Assembly (NCBI GenBank): GCA_951406725.2
Contig: OX597816.1
Span: forward strand, 24,924,001 to 24,988,000
Reading direction: 5' to 3'
Source: Octopus vulgaris
Lineage: Eukaryota
DNA length: 64,000 nucleotides
A program made the translations under genes and the position numbers. The notes below the pieces were generated by a model. That model searched no databases and was not told the DNA's origin. It saw nothing but the letters and a program-made list of their open reading frames with translations. Positions 39,232 through 53,838 of this stretch are shown piece by piece; position 1 is the first letter of the stretch, and every line of letters starts with the position of its first letter.

Positions 39232-39380
39232 ACGTGTGTGTATACCAGTTCAGCAAAAGAGACCAATAGAATAAATACTAGGCTTACAAAGAATAAGTTC
39301 TGGGGTTGATTTGCTCAACTAAAGCCTGTGCTCCAGCATGGCCACAGTCAAATGACTGAAATAAGTAAAAGAGTAAAAGA
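39019..39380 (+). mobile_element. SINE family 2
   Basis: Matches the 13452 copy; CpG-decayed. Confidence 0.8.
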
Positions 39381-42179
39381 GGACCCCACCGAGAGCTATC
39401 TTATCATCTGTGGACCCCATATATGTGCACATCACACTGCTACAGCATGTATCTGACAGAATTTTTCTGCCCCAAACTCTGTTAATTCTGTTCTGCCCCA
39501 CATTCTGTTGATCATGTTCTTTTTTCCACACTCTATTATGTTCACCATTCTTTCTATATGTCAAGGAGTTCCTACTTGGCATCAGGTTCTATAATGCCCA
39601 TCCTCACACAGTTGGTACAACCATGCATCATTCACACAAAATCTAGACAAACATGCCGAACCTACATCAAAGGCATCTTCTAGAGGTGCCATGCCAATCA
39701 TGGCTTAGTGGTTAGGGTGTCAGTACCATGATTGTAAGATTGTGATTTCGATTCCTGGACCGGGCGACGCGTTGTGTTCTTGAGCAAAACACTTCATTTC
39801 ACGTTGCTCCAGTCCACTCAGCTGGCAAAAATGAGTAATGCTGTGATGGACTAGCGTCCCATCCAGCTTGGGAACACATACGCCATAGAAACTGGGAAAC
39901 CGGGCCCATGAGCCTGGATAGGCTTTAAAAAGGGTGCATTTATTTTGTGGAGGCATGTGGCTTAGTGGTTAGGGTGTTGAACTGATCATCGAAAAGTTGT
40001 GGTTTCGATTCCTGGACCGGGCAATACGTTGTGTTCTTGAACAAAACACTTCATTTCATGTTGCTCCAGTCCACTCAGCTGGCAAAAATGAGTTATCCTG
40101 CGACGGACCGATGTCCCGTCCAGATGGGGAATTCCTACACCACTGAAACCGGGAGACCGGCCCTTATGATCCTAGCATGGCTCGAGAAGGAACATTTTTT
40201 TTTTTAATCATACCTCTTTCAAAATGAAAAATAAAAAATAGAATAAAAGCATCATTGCGCTACACCCATATTACATGAGTAACACTTGGCTAAGTAGAAT
40301 CCTCACAACTGCTTCAAATTTTAATATTAATTAGGCCTCACTACCATAAACACCACTTAACTATGTAACTTTCACAGTTGCTCCAAATGTTCGGCTTGAC
40401 TATTGCTAAGGATCTCTTGTGGTAAAAGTTCATCCTTAAGTAATGTATCTAGAAACACATCCTCAAGATTGTCCCTTCTCTTCAAGAGCAGGAAATACTT
40501 TAGCCCCTAACAGTTACTAAAACACTCGAGAAAGTTCAAGTGAAGCCCATAATGGTATACTGCTCTCACATAGAACATCTCTCTGGAATCTTCTGCTCAT
40601 CTCTTTGCTGCAGGTTTTTCTCACTCTCATCGATACTCAACTTCTTCACGGACTGTTTTCTTTCTAAGCTTGGTATGAATCTTATTGGTTTCTTGAGTGG
40701 CGGGGTAAGCAAACTCACACATGCACACATACATGCATACACACACACACATTGGCAGGCTTCTACACATTTTGTCTACAAAATGGGTGTCTGAGGCTGC
40801 GGTAGAAGACACCCAATTTGCCGCACAGTAGGATTGAACCTAAAACAGTGAGGTTGCAGAGTGAGCTTTTTAACCACACAGCCATGCCTGTGCTGACTGT
40901 GAACATTGATAAATGTAAATATCTAATGAAATTTAAAATTTAAAAAATAGCCTTAACCTGCACTATGGTGAATAAAATTATCGTTTAGTAGCACTTTTGA
41001 TGATGTTGGTGTATTAAAATAAAAAAACAAACAAGAGAATTCAACGACATGACAATTAGTTTATCTATTTATTAAATATACTAAAAAATTTTAGAAAAAA
41101 ATCATGCATATTAGATTATATGAAAAGTAATTATAATTAATGGGTTATTTAGTATTGAAATATCTAAATGTTTTTTTATATTTGTGAGAACATTTCAATG
41201 TAAAATTAGCCTTACAGTTCAATTATATTAATCTAGAAGCAATCATATAATATATTTCCTCAAGGCAAAGATCACACTTGAAATTACCAGTATTGTATGA
41301 TGATAGGTAACTAATAATGGACCATTTTCAATCATAGTCATTATTCCTATCTTTTAAATCCCAGATGCATTTACTAAGATTCATAGAATTACATTTTCTT
41401 CTATACTTGTAAGAATGAGAAATATTATGTAATCTAGATGTTCAACTTGTAGCAGACTGGCATCCGTACTAGTGGGGTGCAAAGAGCACCATCCGAGTGT
41501 GATCGTTACCAGAGTGGCTAACTGGCCTCTGTACCAGTGACATATAAAAGGCACCATTTGAGTGTGATCATTACCAGCATCGCCTTACTGGCTGAGCATG
41601 ATCGTTACCAGCATTGCTTTACTGGCACCTGTGCCAGTGGCATGTGTAAAGGATTCGAGCGAGGTCGTTGCCAGTACTGCCTGACTGGCCCCGTGCCGGT
41701 GGCATGTAAAAGCACCCACTATGCTCTCAGAGTGGTTGGCATTAGGAAGGGCATCCAGCTGTAGAAACTCTGCCAGATCAAGATTGAAGCCTGGTGCAGC
41801 CATCTGGTTCACCAGCCCTCAGTCAAATCGTCCAACCCATGCTAGCATGGAAAGCGGACGTTAAACGATGATGATGATGATGATGATGATGAACCTATGT
41901 AATACCTACAATCCCTTATTATGACCTTACATCAATACACTGTTTAATTTTTAAGCACTGATTTTCTGAAGGATAGATAACTTTAGGCATATATTTACTT
42001 GTATGTGGTACTCATGGTTCAAAGAATTAATACTAATCCTCCTATCAGGAGTAGGTGTTAAGGCAGGAGTATAATTAGTATTATAATTAATATTATTACT
42101 CTCTGGCAATTCAACAGTTCCTCCCCATCAACATTTCAGGCCTTGTGCTTATATATAAAAAAAAGATTATTACTATTAT

Positions 42180-42210
<31 letters not shown>

Positions 42211-42349
42211 ACTGCTACTACTACTACTACTACTACTATAATTACTACTACCACTACTTTCATTACTATATTTCATTACTATAATTACTATCATTATCAT
42301 TATTATAATGTCTTACTTATTATTCCCCTTCACCCTAGTGGCAAATAAA

Positions 42350-42547
42350 AGAAATTATTACTATTATTATGATTATTATTAAAATCATTATAATTATTAT
42401 TATTATTAAAATCATTATTATTATTATTTGAATCATAATTATTATTATTATAATCATTATTATATTGAAATCATTATAATTATTATTGAAATCATTATAA
42501 TTATTATCATCATTATTATTATTATTATTATCATTATAATTATAATT

Positions 42548-42579
<32 letters not shown>

Positions 42580-42955
42580 ATAATCATTATAATTATTGAA
42601 ATCATTATAATTATTATAATCATTATAGTTATTATTATTATTATCATTATTATTATTATTATTATCATTATAGTTATTATTATCATTATAATTATAATTA
42701 TAATCATTATTATTATTATCATTAAAATCATTATAATTATTATTATTATAATCATTATTCTGATTATTATAATCATTATTATCATGATTATCATGATTAT
42801 GATCATCATTATCATTATTACTATTATGATTATTATCATTATCATTATTACTATTATGATTATTATCATTATCATTGTTATGATTATCATCATTATTATT
42901 ATCATGGAGATTATGATTATAATTATCATCACAATTATTATTATTATTATTATTT
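42350..42955. repeat. degenerate (ATT/ATC)n array
   Basis: Visible directly. Confidence 0.95.
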
Positions 42956-42999
42956 GTACCACAATCGAATAATATATACATGTTAATAATATGTTTATC

Positions 43000-43830
43000 T
43001 TCAATATTTAGTTTGTTACTAATTTTATTTCTGTCATTCTTCTTCTTATTATTATGTAGCTTACTTGAATAAGATTGCTTGATGTATTTATCTTTTTTAT
43101 TACACTCACAATCAAGTTTCAGCATATATAATATTCTGTCATTTCTGGGAATTTTAATCATATATCTTAAGCACTTATTTGGTTTATGATATGGTTGGTA
43201 TAGTTCGGTATTTAAATCCAGAGTAACATCAAGGAAGTTAACCTTAGTATAATTATTTTCTATCAAGATAGAGAGACTGAGACACTTGAAGAATGTAACC
43301 ATGAAAAAAGTGTCATCTCTATATAATCCACCCCCTGATTCAGGAAATTCACTATGTATAGTGATTAGAATGCAAATGCCCACTAAATCAGTTACTTGAG
43401 TAGAGTCACTGGACCCCATAATGATGCTGAAACAATTTAATCCAAGAGACGTAAAAAGTTCAGATTCCAAATGATAACGGTTTCCAGTTTTATCTGCAGG
43501 GACAAATATTCTTGGTTTAATCCTAAATTCCTTAAAAAATTGTTGCAATTTTCTTAGATGAGGGTTTCTTCTCAAAGGGCATTAGTGGAATTTATTGTTC
43601 TTAACAATATTCTAAAAGTTCACTCTTGAAATCAGTTAATAGTGGGTTCATACAGTGGAATCCGTTTGGGCTGATATAAAGATATGCTTAATACTATTAT
43701 GATAATAATTAAATCACAATCATTCTTCTTGTCAAAGTAGTATGCACGCTACCTCATACGATGAATATGTGAGTTGATCTTATAAATGAGATTTTTCATA
43801 TATTCTTTTCTAAGTGGTAAAGGTATGTCC
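43000..43830 (-). mobile_element. internally deleted Penelope-like element RT remnant
   Basis: FVPADKTGNRY, IMGSSDSTQVTDLVG, GGLYRDD, VNFLDVTLDL..YQPYHKPN; N-terminal piece DIPLPLRKEYMKNLIYK near 43770; runs into an (AAT/GAT)n array at 42350-42955. Confidence 0.82.
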
Positions 43831-43906
43831 TTTTAAGATGTGTCCATAAATATTTTCTCCATTTCAAAGATAATCCGCCATAAGCACTCTTAAATGAAGA
43901 GAATAA

Positions 43907-44303
43907 TCTTTATATATAAAAGTAAGGTTGTGTGTCTGTCTCCTACGATTTAGATTCCTAACTACTCCCACATTTTGCGGTGCAGTTTAACCAAAACCGG
44001 GTATCTTATAGTCGTGATTCATATCGTGCCCTTCTGGGTATTAGCGCGCGTCTACGATGAGTCTACGATTAAAAAAAAAAATTTACCATCATTTTTTCCA
44101 TTTTAATTAATTTTTTCGCTATTATATAAGGGAAGTAACTCTCTAAAAATGTCTACGATGAGTCAACGATTAAAAAAAAAATTACCATATTTTTTTTTCC
44201 ATTTTTGATGCATTTTTTTGCTATTTTTTGGCTATAACTCTCTAAAAATGCTTATATAGTTATTTCCCTTACAAACCCGAGCAACGCCGGGCGATACTGC
44301 TAG
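43907..44303 (+). mobile_element. non-autonomous Helitron
   Basis: A|TC start (TCtttatatataaaa), 3' hairpin cccgagcaacgccggg, CTAG|T end. Confidence 0.85.
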
Positions 44304-44503
44304 TAGAGTATATGATAATAAGTAAAAATCCAGGCAGATATCAATAAAATAATCGGTGATAAAACGAATTTAGTTAACTACACCCAACAACCCGTTACTA
44401 AAAATACAAGTGGAATAGAGATATCCAAAGTAATTTCTCTATGTATGACGAGTCAATCAAAATATCACTTAGAATTTCAAAAATATTTTTTCCCCTTCCC
44501 TAG

Positions 44504-45046
44504 GGACAAGGCCCGAAATTTTTGGATAGTGGGGCTAGTCAATTACATCGGCCCCAGTAAGCTACTGATACTTACTTAATTTATCGACCTCGAAAGGATG
44601 AAAGGCAAAGTCGATCTCGGCGGAGTTTGAACTCAGAACGTAACGGCAGACGAAATACTTATTTCTTTATTACCTACCCACAAGGGGCTAAACACAGAAG
44701 GGACAAACAAGGACAGTGCGTAAATGATACTTATATAATCGACCTCGAAGGCATGAAAGGCAAAGTCGACCTCGGAGGAATTTGAACTCGGAACGTAACG
44801 GCAGACGAAATACCTATTTCTTTACTACCCACATGGGGCTAAACACAGAAGGGACAAACAAGGACGACAAACGGATTAAGTCGATTACATCGACCCCAGT
44901 GCGTAAATGGTACTTATATAATCGACCTCAAAGGCATGAAAGGCAAAGTCGACCTCGGCGGAATTTGAACTCAGAACGTAACGGCAGACGAAATACTGCA
45001 AAGCGTTTTGCCCGGCGTGCTAACGTTTCTGCCAGCTCGCCGCCTT
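44504..45046 (-). mobile_element. SINE family 1 tandem trimer
   Basis: Three cores, same junction. Confidence 0.8.
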
Positions 45047-45184
45047 AGAATAAAAGAATTATTGAAGTATAAAATAACAAGAATAAGAATGGAGAAAATG
45101 ACATTTTTAATTGGTAAATATATACACATATCTATACACATTATACAGATTTAATATCCACACGTATTTATAAGTACATACACG

Positions 45185-45218
<34 letters not shown>

Positions 45219-45448
45219 CATACAATATATACACATAGTCTACATACATATATGCATATGTATATTTGCATGTATGTATGTAAAAAAACCTATATTTTTT
45301 TATAGTATATGTTTTCTATATGGTTTGAATAATATCTTTCTTTATTGAATTGTTTAATAGTGGTTTTCTCAAAATTATATATGCAAATGGCGGTGCCCCA
45401 GCATGGCCACAGCTCATGAGCTGAAACTAAAATCAATCAAATCAATCA

Positions 45449-46105
<657 letters not shown>

Positions 46106-46325
46106 CTTTGTGTCTGCGTTTGTTCCTCCCCAACCACCACCACCTTCGCTTGACAACCGATGTTGGTGTGTTTATGTCTCCGAAACGTAGCTGTTCGGCA
46201 AAAGACGCCGAAAGACTAAATAACTAAGCTTACAAGGAATAAGTCCTGGGGTCGATTTGTTCGACTTAAAGGCGGTGCTCCAGCATGGCCGCAGTCAAAT
46301 GACTAAAATGCGTAAAAGAGAAGTT

Positions 46326-46729
46326 ATACTCTCTTTTCTCTTTTACTTGTTTCAGTCATTTGACTGCGGCCATGCTGGAGCACCGCCTTTAGTCGAGCAA
46401 CTCGACCCCGGGACTTATTCTTTGTAAGCCCAGTACTTATTCTATCGGTCTCTTTTGCCGAACCGCTAAGTAACGGGGATATAAACACACCAGCATCGGT
46501 TGTCAAGCAATGCTAGGGGGGACAAACACAGGCACACAAACACACACACACATATATACATATATACGACAGGCTTCTTTCAGTTTCCGTCTACCAAATC
46601 CACTCACAAGGGTTTGGTCGGCCCGAGGCTATAGTAGAAGACACTTGCCCAAGGTGCCACGCATGGGACTGAACCCGGAACCATGTGGTTGGTAAAGAAG
46701 CTACTTACCACACAGCCACTCCTGCGCCT
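46326..46729 (-). mobile_element. SINE family 2, tail-to-tail with a partial copy at about 46090-46325
   Basis: Full-length reverse-complement copy. Confidence 0.8.
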
Positions 46730-46858
46730 ACATCGATACAATTTTTAAACACGTGTCAATTTTCTGAAATTTAAAAACATGTCAGTTTTTTTCTCCACCA
46801 CTCTCGGAAAAAGCTTTTCACAACGAATTCCTTTACGCCCAGAATCTACGCCATCTGA

Positions 46859-47255
46859 GGATCTTTTCGGTTTGAACAGCAGTTTTTAACATAATTTCTA
46901 GGTAACTAAAAAATTTTAAAACTTCGTATACTGGTAGAATGTGTTTATAAAACATCTTTTTCTCTTGGCTTTACTGAGAAAATTCTATAGTTGCAAGATA
47001 TTTGTTTTATTTCTTCAATTTCTGCAATTTCAACCAATCAATGACGTCTATTGAGGTAAAAAACAAAACATTCTGTGCCGTATGAATATGTCCTTCGGGT
47101 TTATTTACATTTGTGAAGAAAAAAAGTTATCCTTCCCCCCACCCCTAACCCTAAAACAGATTGAAATGCAATAGATCGATACTATGATCATAATTATAGG
47201 TGACAATTTCATATGACACTGCTAGAAAAAACTGCCGTTCAAACCGAAAAGATCC
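46859..47255. mobile_element. Merlin-type MITE related to the 22703 element
   Basis: GGATCTTTTCGGTTTGAAC / GTTCAAACCGAAAAGATCC; TSD ccatctga/ctatctga. Confidence 0.82.
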
Positions 47256-47454
47256 CTATCTGATACTCTTTTACATGTTTCAGTCATTTGACTGCGGCCA
47301 TGCTGGAGCACCCCAGGACTTTATTCTTTGTAAGCCTAGTACTTATACTATCGGACTATTTTGCCGAACCGCTAAGTTACGGGGACGTAAACACACCAGC
47401 ATCGGTTGTCAAGCGATGTTGGGGAGACAACAAACACACATATATACTTAAACA

Positions 47455-47605
47455 GGCGATCCTTCGGTATAAGTACACGCATGGCTTTGTTTACATTTCT
47501 GAAGATAACAGAAACCCTTTTCTCCCATCCCTAAACCTACCCCCCCCCCCATATAAAAAAAACACTTTCTTGAAATGTATCCGGTACTTATACCGAAGTT
47601 ACGCC
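47455..47605. mobile_element. Merlin-type MITE inserted into a SINE
   Basis: GGCGATCCTTCGGTATAAGTAC / GTACTTATACCGAAGTTACGCC; perfect 9-bp TSD acttaaaca. Confidence 0.85.
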
Positions 47606-48531
47606 ACTTAAACATATATATACGACAGGCTTCCTTCAGTTTCCGTCCACCAAATCCACTCACAAGGCTTTGGTCGGCTCGAGGCTATCGTAGAAGACAC
47701 TTGCTCAAGGTGCCACGCGCGCACTTACTCTTTACTCTTTTACTTGTTTCAGTCATTTGACTGCGGCCATGCTGCAGCACCGCATTTAGTCGAGCAAATC
47801 GACCCAAGACTTATTCTTTGTAAGCCCAGTACTTATGCTATCGGTCTCTTTTGCCGAACCGCTAAGTGACGGGGACAACCAGTATCGGTTGTCAAGCAAT
47901 GTTAGGGGGACAAACACAGACACACACACTTATATATATATACATATATACGACAGGCTTCTTTCAGTTTCCGTCTACCAAATCCACTCACAAGGCATTG
48001 GTCGGCCCGGGGCTATAGTAGAAGACACTTGCCCAAGATGCCACGCAGTGGGACTGAACCCGGAACCATGTGGTTGGTTAGCAAGCTACTTACCACACAG
48101 CCGTAGAAAATTTCTTTAAAAAATATCCATTTTTCTGAATGGAACAAAAATCTAGGTGTGGGTATACTCGTGTAGGGTATTCTTTGCCCCCACAAATTTG
48201 TGCTCTTGTTATATTTTTTTTACTCGCACATAACTGTCTGTCAATTAATTTTAGGTTAATCTTGTTTATGTGCAGCGCAAAATATACCTATCTTTATATC
48301 TCAAACAGTCCGCATTGTTAAAAGTGTTTTTAATAATAAACTCCTCCCACTTGTGGGATGGGCTTTGGGGCTTTGTAACAAAACAGATTGTAAAGCAAGA
48401 TCGACCTTTCAATCTCTCCTCTCCCTCTCAGACACACACACCGTATATATCTCACAAACTACGCGTGAGCTCTCATCCTCAGAAAGAAAATGCGTTGGAT
48501 TAATTAAAAGTCTATGAAATAAAAATTTCTT

Positions 48532-48989
48532 GGCGATCTTTCGTCTCTAGTAGACCTTTCCGTGGATTTCCGTAAAAATTTTTTTTTTTTTACATATGGG
48601 CTTGCGGGAACTTTTGAAGTAATATACATACATATACACATACACCGAGTAAAAAATTTCAGTTATCTCTTTCTTTCAACATTACTCTGTCTCTTCACAC
48701 ACACTAACAGAAGCACTTCACTTACACAACATACTGTCTGTCTCACACACCCCATCAAACACACACACACATGTACATCAATGCGTCCCATGCACGGTAA
48801 CTTCAAAAGAACTTCCCTCGTCATACAATCGCTTTCTCTTAGTCTCTTTCGCTCTCATTACTTCAAAAGTTCCCGCAAGCCCATATGTAAAAAAAAAAAA
48901 TTTTTTTTACGGAAATCGACGGAAAGGTCTACTAGAGACGAAAGATGCCAATTTGGCAATCTTTCGTCTACTAGAGACGAAAGATTGCC
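48532..48989. mobile_element. Merlin-type MITE
   Basis: GGCGATCTTTCGTCTCTAGTAGAC / CTACTAGAGACGAAAGATTGCC; perfect TSD aatttctt; further copies at about 49534-49808 (partial) and 50581-51040. Confidence 0.85.
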
Positions 48990-49707
48990 AATTTCTTTTT
49001 AAATTCGTATTAAATTTCGCAGCCACAAAAATTGTATTCGACTTTTGCTAGAAACAGCAGCCAAATAAATCTTCAAATAAATTTCTAGTTACATTCATTC
49101 AAGCTATGCAATTTGTACGGTGTGACCTGGCAGAACCATTATATATAGCATGCCGGACAAAATGCTTAGCAGCATTTCGTCCGTTTTTACTACTTATCTC
49201 CCCCTTAATTTTTATTTACTTTTTAAATCTAACCAAATTACCCTGCATCTATTTCAGAAATATCTAGCAGAAATACCCGGCGTTGCTCGGGGTTAAAATG
49301 GTATGGTCTTACATTGTTTTAATGTCACGAATTTGATAGATATTTTATTGAAATTATTGATTAATTTCACTTCCATATATACATACATCCTACAAGAAAT
49401 ATGACATTAAGAGCTTATATTGAGAACTCTGAAAGGGTTCGCATGCAATTAAACCTATTTATCAATATTTCCCGCGGAACTGCAGTCGGAAAACTACATC
49501 ATTATTATGCGGCAATCTTTAAGATCGCCTATGCGGCAATCTTTCGTCTCTAGTAGACCTTTCCGTCGATTTCCGTAAAAAAAATTTTTTTTTTACATAT
49601 GGGCTTGCGGGAACTTTTGAAGTAACGAGAGCGAAAGAGACTAAGAGAAAGCGATTGTATGACGAGGGAAGTTCTTTTGAAGTTACCGTGCCTGGCAAGC
49701 ATTGATG

Positions 49708-49738
<31 letters not shown>

Positions 49739-49809
49739 TTGATGGGGTGTGGGAGACAGACAGTATGTTGTGTAAGTGAAGTGCTTCTGTTAGTGTGTGT
49801 GAAAGAAAG

Positions 49810-50530
49810 TTCAAATTCCGCCGAGGTCGACTTTCGGGGTCGATTAAATAAGTACCAGTTACGCACTGGGGTCGATATAATCGACTTAATCCGTTTGTCT
49901 GTCCTTGTCTGTCCTCTCTGTGTTTAGCCCCTTGTGGGTAGTAAAGAAATAGGTATATCGTCCATCTTTACGTTCCGAGTTCAAATTCCGCCGAGGTCAA
50001 CTTTGTCCTTTTATCCTTTCAGGTTCGATAATTTAAGTACCAGTTGCATACTGGGGTCGATCTAATCGACTGCTTCCCTCCCCCAAATTTCGGGCCTTGT
50101 GCCTGGAGTAGAAAGGAATATTATTGAAGACGGCGTGCTGGCAGAATCGTAAGCACGCTGGGCGGAATGCTTAGCGGTATTTCGTCCGTCTTTACGTTCT
50201 GAGTTCAAATTCCGCCGAGGTCGACTTTGTCCTTCACTCTTTCCGTCAATAAAATAAGTACCAGTTGCATACTGGGGTCGATGTTAATCGACTTACTCCC
50301 TCTGCCGAATTTGCTGGTCTCGTGCCCAAATATGAAACCACTATTATTAAAAATGTTTGGCGGCATTTCGTCCGTTGTTATGTTCCCAGTTCAAATTCCA
50401 TGGAGGCCAACTTCGCGTTTTTCATCCTTTCAGGTTTAATAAAATATGAATGCTATTTGCGCAATGAGGTCGATGTAACGGACTAGCAACATTCCCAAAA
50501 TTTCAGGCCTTGAGCATTTAGTAGAAATGA
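49810..50530 (+). mobile_element. cluster of SINE family 1 copies
   Basis: About four cores in tandem. Confidence 0.75.
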
Positions 50531-50580
50531 TTTGTTAAATGTAATGGTTACTTGTAGTAACCCGTTATTAGAAACAAAAA

Positions 50581-50752
50581 GGCAATCTTTCGTCTCTAGT
50601 AGACTTTTCCGTCGATTTCCGTAAAATTTTTTTTTTTTTTACATATGGGCTTGCGGGAACTTTTGAAGTAATGAGAGCAAAAGAGACTAAGAGAAAGCGA
50701 TTGTATGACGAGGGAAGTTCTTTTGAAGTTACCGTGCATGGGAGCATTGATG

Positions 50753-50810
<58 letters not shown>

Positions 50811-51040
50811 ATGGGGTGTGGGCGACAGACAGTATGTTGTGTAAGTGAAGTGCTTCTGTTAGTGTGTGTGTGAAGAGACAGAGTAATGTTGAAAGAAAGA
50901 GATAACTGAAATTTTTTACTCGGTGTATGTGTATATGTATGTATATTACTTCAAAAGTTCCTGCAAGCCCATATGTAAAAAAAAAAAAAAAAATTTTTAC
51001 GGAAATCGACGGAAAGGTCTACTAGAGACGAAAGATCGCC
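50581..51040. mobile_element. Merlin-type MITE (48532 family, opposite orientation)
   Basis: About 90-bp TIRs GGCAATCTTTCGTC... / ...GACGAAAGATCGCC; internal (TG)n. Confidence 0.82.
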
Positions 51041-51149
51041 GCAAGTCCTCATGATTTCAAAATCACTTCATCTATTATATAGATGGTGCGCAACCATACA
51101 GGTGCATAAGCTTCAAAACAAAGACGCGGTGTGACCTTTGATTGAAGAA

Positions 51150-51706
51150 TCTTTTCTACTCTAGGTACAAGGTTCAAAATGTTTAGGGAGAGGGCCAGTC
51201 GATTACATTAACCCCAGTAAGCAACAGGTACTTAATTTATCGACCCCAAAAGGATGAAAGGTAAAGTCGACCTTGGCGGAATTTGAACGCTATTTCTTTA
51301 CTACCCACAAGGGACTAAACATAGAGGGGACAAACAAAGACAGACAAACGGATTAAGTCGATTATATCGATCCCAGTGCGTAACTGGTACTTAATTTATC
51401 GACCCCGAAAGGATGAAAGGTAAAGTCGACCTTGGCGGAATTTGAACTCAGAGCGTAAAGATAGACGAAATACCTATTTCTTTACTACCCACAAGAGGCT
51501 AAACATAAAGGGGACAAACAAGGACAGACAAACGGATTAAGTCGATTATATCGACCCATTGCGTAACTGGTACTTAATTTATCGACCCCGAAAGGATGAA
51601 AGGCGAAGTCGATCTCGGCGGAACTTGAACTCAGAACGTAAAGACGGACGAAAAACCGCTATGCATTTCGCCCGGCATGCTAACGTTTCTGCCAGCTCGC
51701 CGCCTT
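51150..51706 (-). mobile_element. SINE family 1 tandem trimer
   Basis: Three cores, same junction. Confidence 0.8.
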
Positions 51707-51890
51707 ACCTTTGAGTGAAGACTGGAGAAGTTCGACTCGAGGTAATAATAGCCTGCACAAAAGAACTGAATTATTAACACCTTGAATGCACGTGGCTAAA
51801 TTATCTTTAATGAGAGATAAAAGCTTCCTTGAAATTCGTTCTGGTTCAGAAAAAAAATGGTTTCGAAAGATTTTATTGATACGTTTTAAC

Positions 51891-52201
51891 GTGTGTGTGT
51901 GTGTCTGTATGTACATATATATGTATATGTGTACACAAACACACACACACACGCATATATACATACATATACACATACATATATATACATACATACATAT
52001 ATATATACATACATATATATACACACATATATACACACACATATATACACACATATATATACATACATATATACACATACACATATATACACACATATAT
52101 ACACACATATATACACATATATATATACATATATACATACATATATACACATATATATACACACATATATACACACATATATATATATACATAAATACAT
52201 A

Positions 52202-52233
<32 letters not shown>

Positions 52234-52895
52234 CATATATATATATACATATATATATATATACATATATTATATAATTAGGGCTCAGTAAAATAATTTA
52301 CTTTGCCACATACTGAAATTTTTAGAAATAGCAGCCAAAAATTTCAGTATGTGGCAAAGTAAATTATTTTACTGAGCCCTAATTATATAACGTAATATTT
52401 TGAATATACCTTGAATGGTCCTTTTACGTACTGAACACTACTTGGTGAAATTAATTAATAACTAATTGATTTTACCCTTAATTATTGATATATATATACA
52501 TATATACATACACATATACATATATATACACACACATATACATATATATATACACATATACATATATATATACACATATACATATATATATATACACATA
52601 TACATATATATATATATACACATATACATATATATATATATACACATATACATATATATATATATGCACATATACATATATATATATATACACATATACA
52701 TATATACATATATATATACACACATATACATATATATATATACATATATATATACACACACACACATATACATATATATATATACACATGCATATATATA
52801 TACACACACATACACATATATAGATACACTTACACATATATATATATATGCATGCACACACACACATATATATAAATATGCATGTGTGTATGTGT
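51891..52895. repeat. two (AT/AC)n arrays flanking a perfect hairpin
   Basis: Visible directly. Confidence 0.93.
52270..52390. repeat. perfect 54-bp inverted repeat with a 13-nt loop
   Basis: 52270-52323 is the exact reverse complement of 52337-52390; loop agaaatagcagcc. Confidence 0.95.
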
Positions 52896-53414
52896 AATTT
52901 TGCCTCGTGTCCGTCGAGTGTATATAATAACAATTGGAAGAAAGACAAAATGGAATTCACGAAGATTATTTAATCATCGTAGTAGTGACGGATAGTAGTG
53001 TGAAGGCACATGGCTCAGTGGTTAGAGCGTCGAACTTACAATCGTGAGGTCGAGAGTTCGATTCCCTCGAAAACCTTTTCACTAGAAATGTCAATACAAT
53101 TTGGAATCTAACATGCATATGCACACACACACATATATATAATGAGAGACTTCTATATACTTGTATTATTATTATTATTATTCTCCATGGTAACCACAGT
53201 TATGATTTTAAGTTTTCAACACATTTCCTTCTTTACTCCAGCAAAAAAATCCATGCTCTTTCCCTTCTGCAGCAGCAGGTAGAATTTCCGATGAGCCAAG
53301 ATTCCACAAAGGGTTATTATACATTCCATACCTCGTCTACCATACATGCACAACAATTGGGTAAATCTAAAAAAATTTACCCAAGTATGTTCCCCACTCT
53401 CTTTCTCTTTTTCT

Positions 53415-53637
53415 CTCTCTTTTACTTGTTTCATGCGGCCATGCTGGAGCACCGCCTTTAATCGAGCAAATCGACACCGGGACTTATTCTTTAGTAAGCC
53501 CAGTACTTATTCTATCGGTCTCTTTTGCCGAACCGCTATGTAACGGGGACATAAACAAACCAGCATCGGTTGTCAAGCAATGCTAGGGGGACAAACACAG
53601 ATACACAAACACACACACGCATATATATATATATATA

Positions 53638-53681
<44 letters not shown>

Positions 53682-53838
53682 TACGACGGGCTTCTTTCAG
53701 TTTCCGTCTACCAAATCCACTCACAAGGCTTTGGTCGGCCCGAGGCTATAGTAGAAGACACTTGCCCAAGGTGCCACGCAGTGGGACTGAACCCAGAACC
53801 ATGTGGTTCGTAAGCAAGCTACTTACCACACAGCCACT
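53415..53838 (-). mobile_element. SINE family 2
   Basis: Near full-length reverse-complement copy. Confidence 0.8.

Larger units (their letters stand above)
49264..51083 (-). mobile_element. non-autonomous Helitron with nested MITEs and SINEs
   Basis: 3' end cccgagcaacgccgggtatttctgCTAG at 49264; candidate 5' end a|TCtatataat at 51083. Linking the two ends is an inference. Confidence 0.5.

Noticed and set aside
53195-53385. Unique, coding-looking island
   Set aside because: No recognisable motif in the frames I read, stops in most, and no compatible partner exons.
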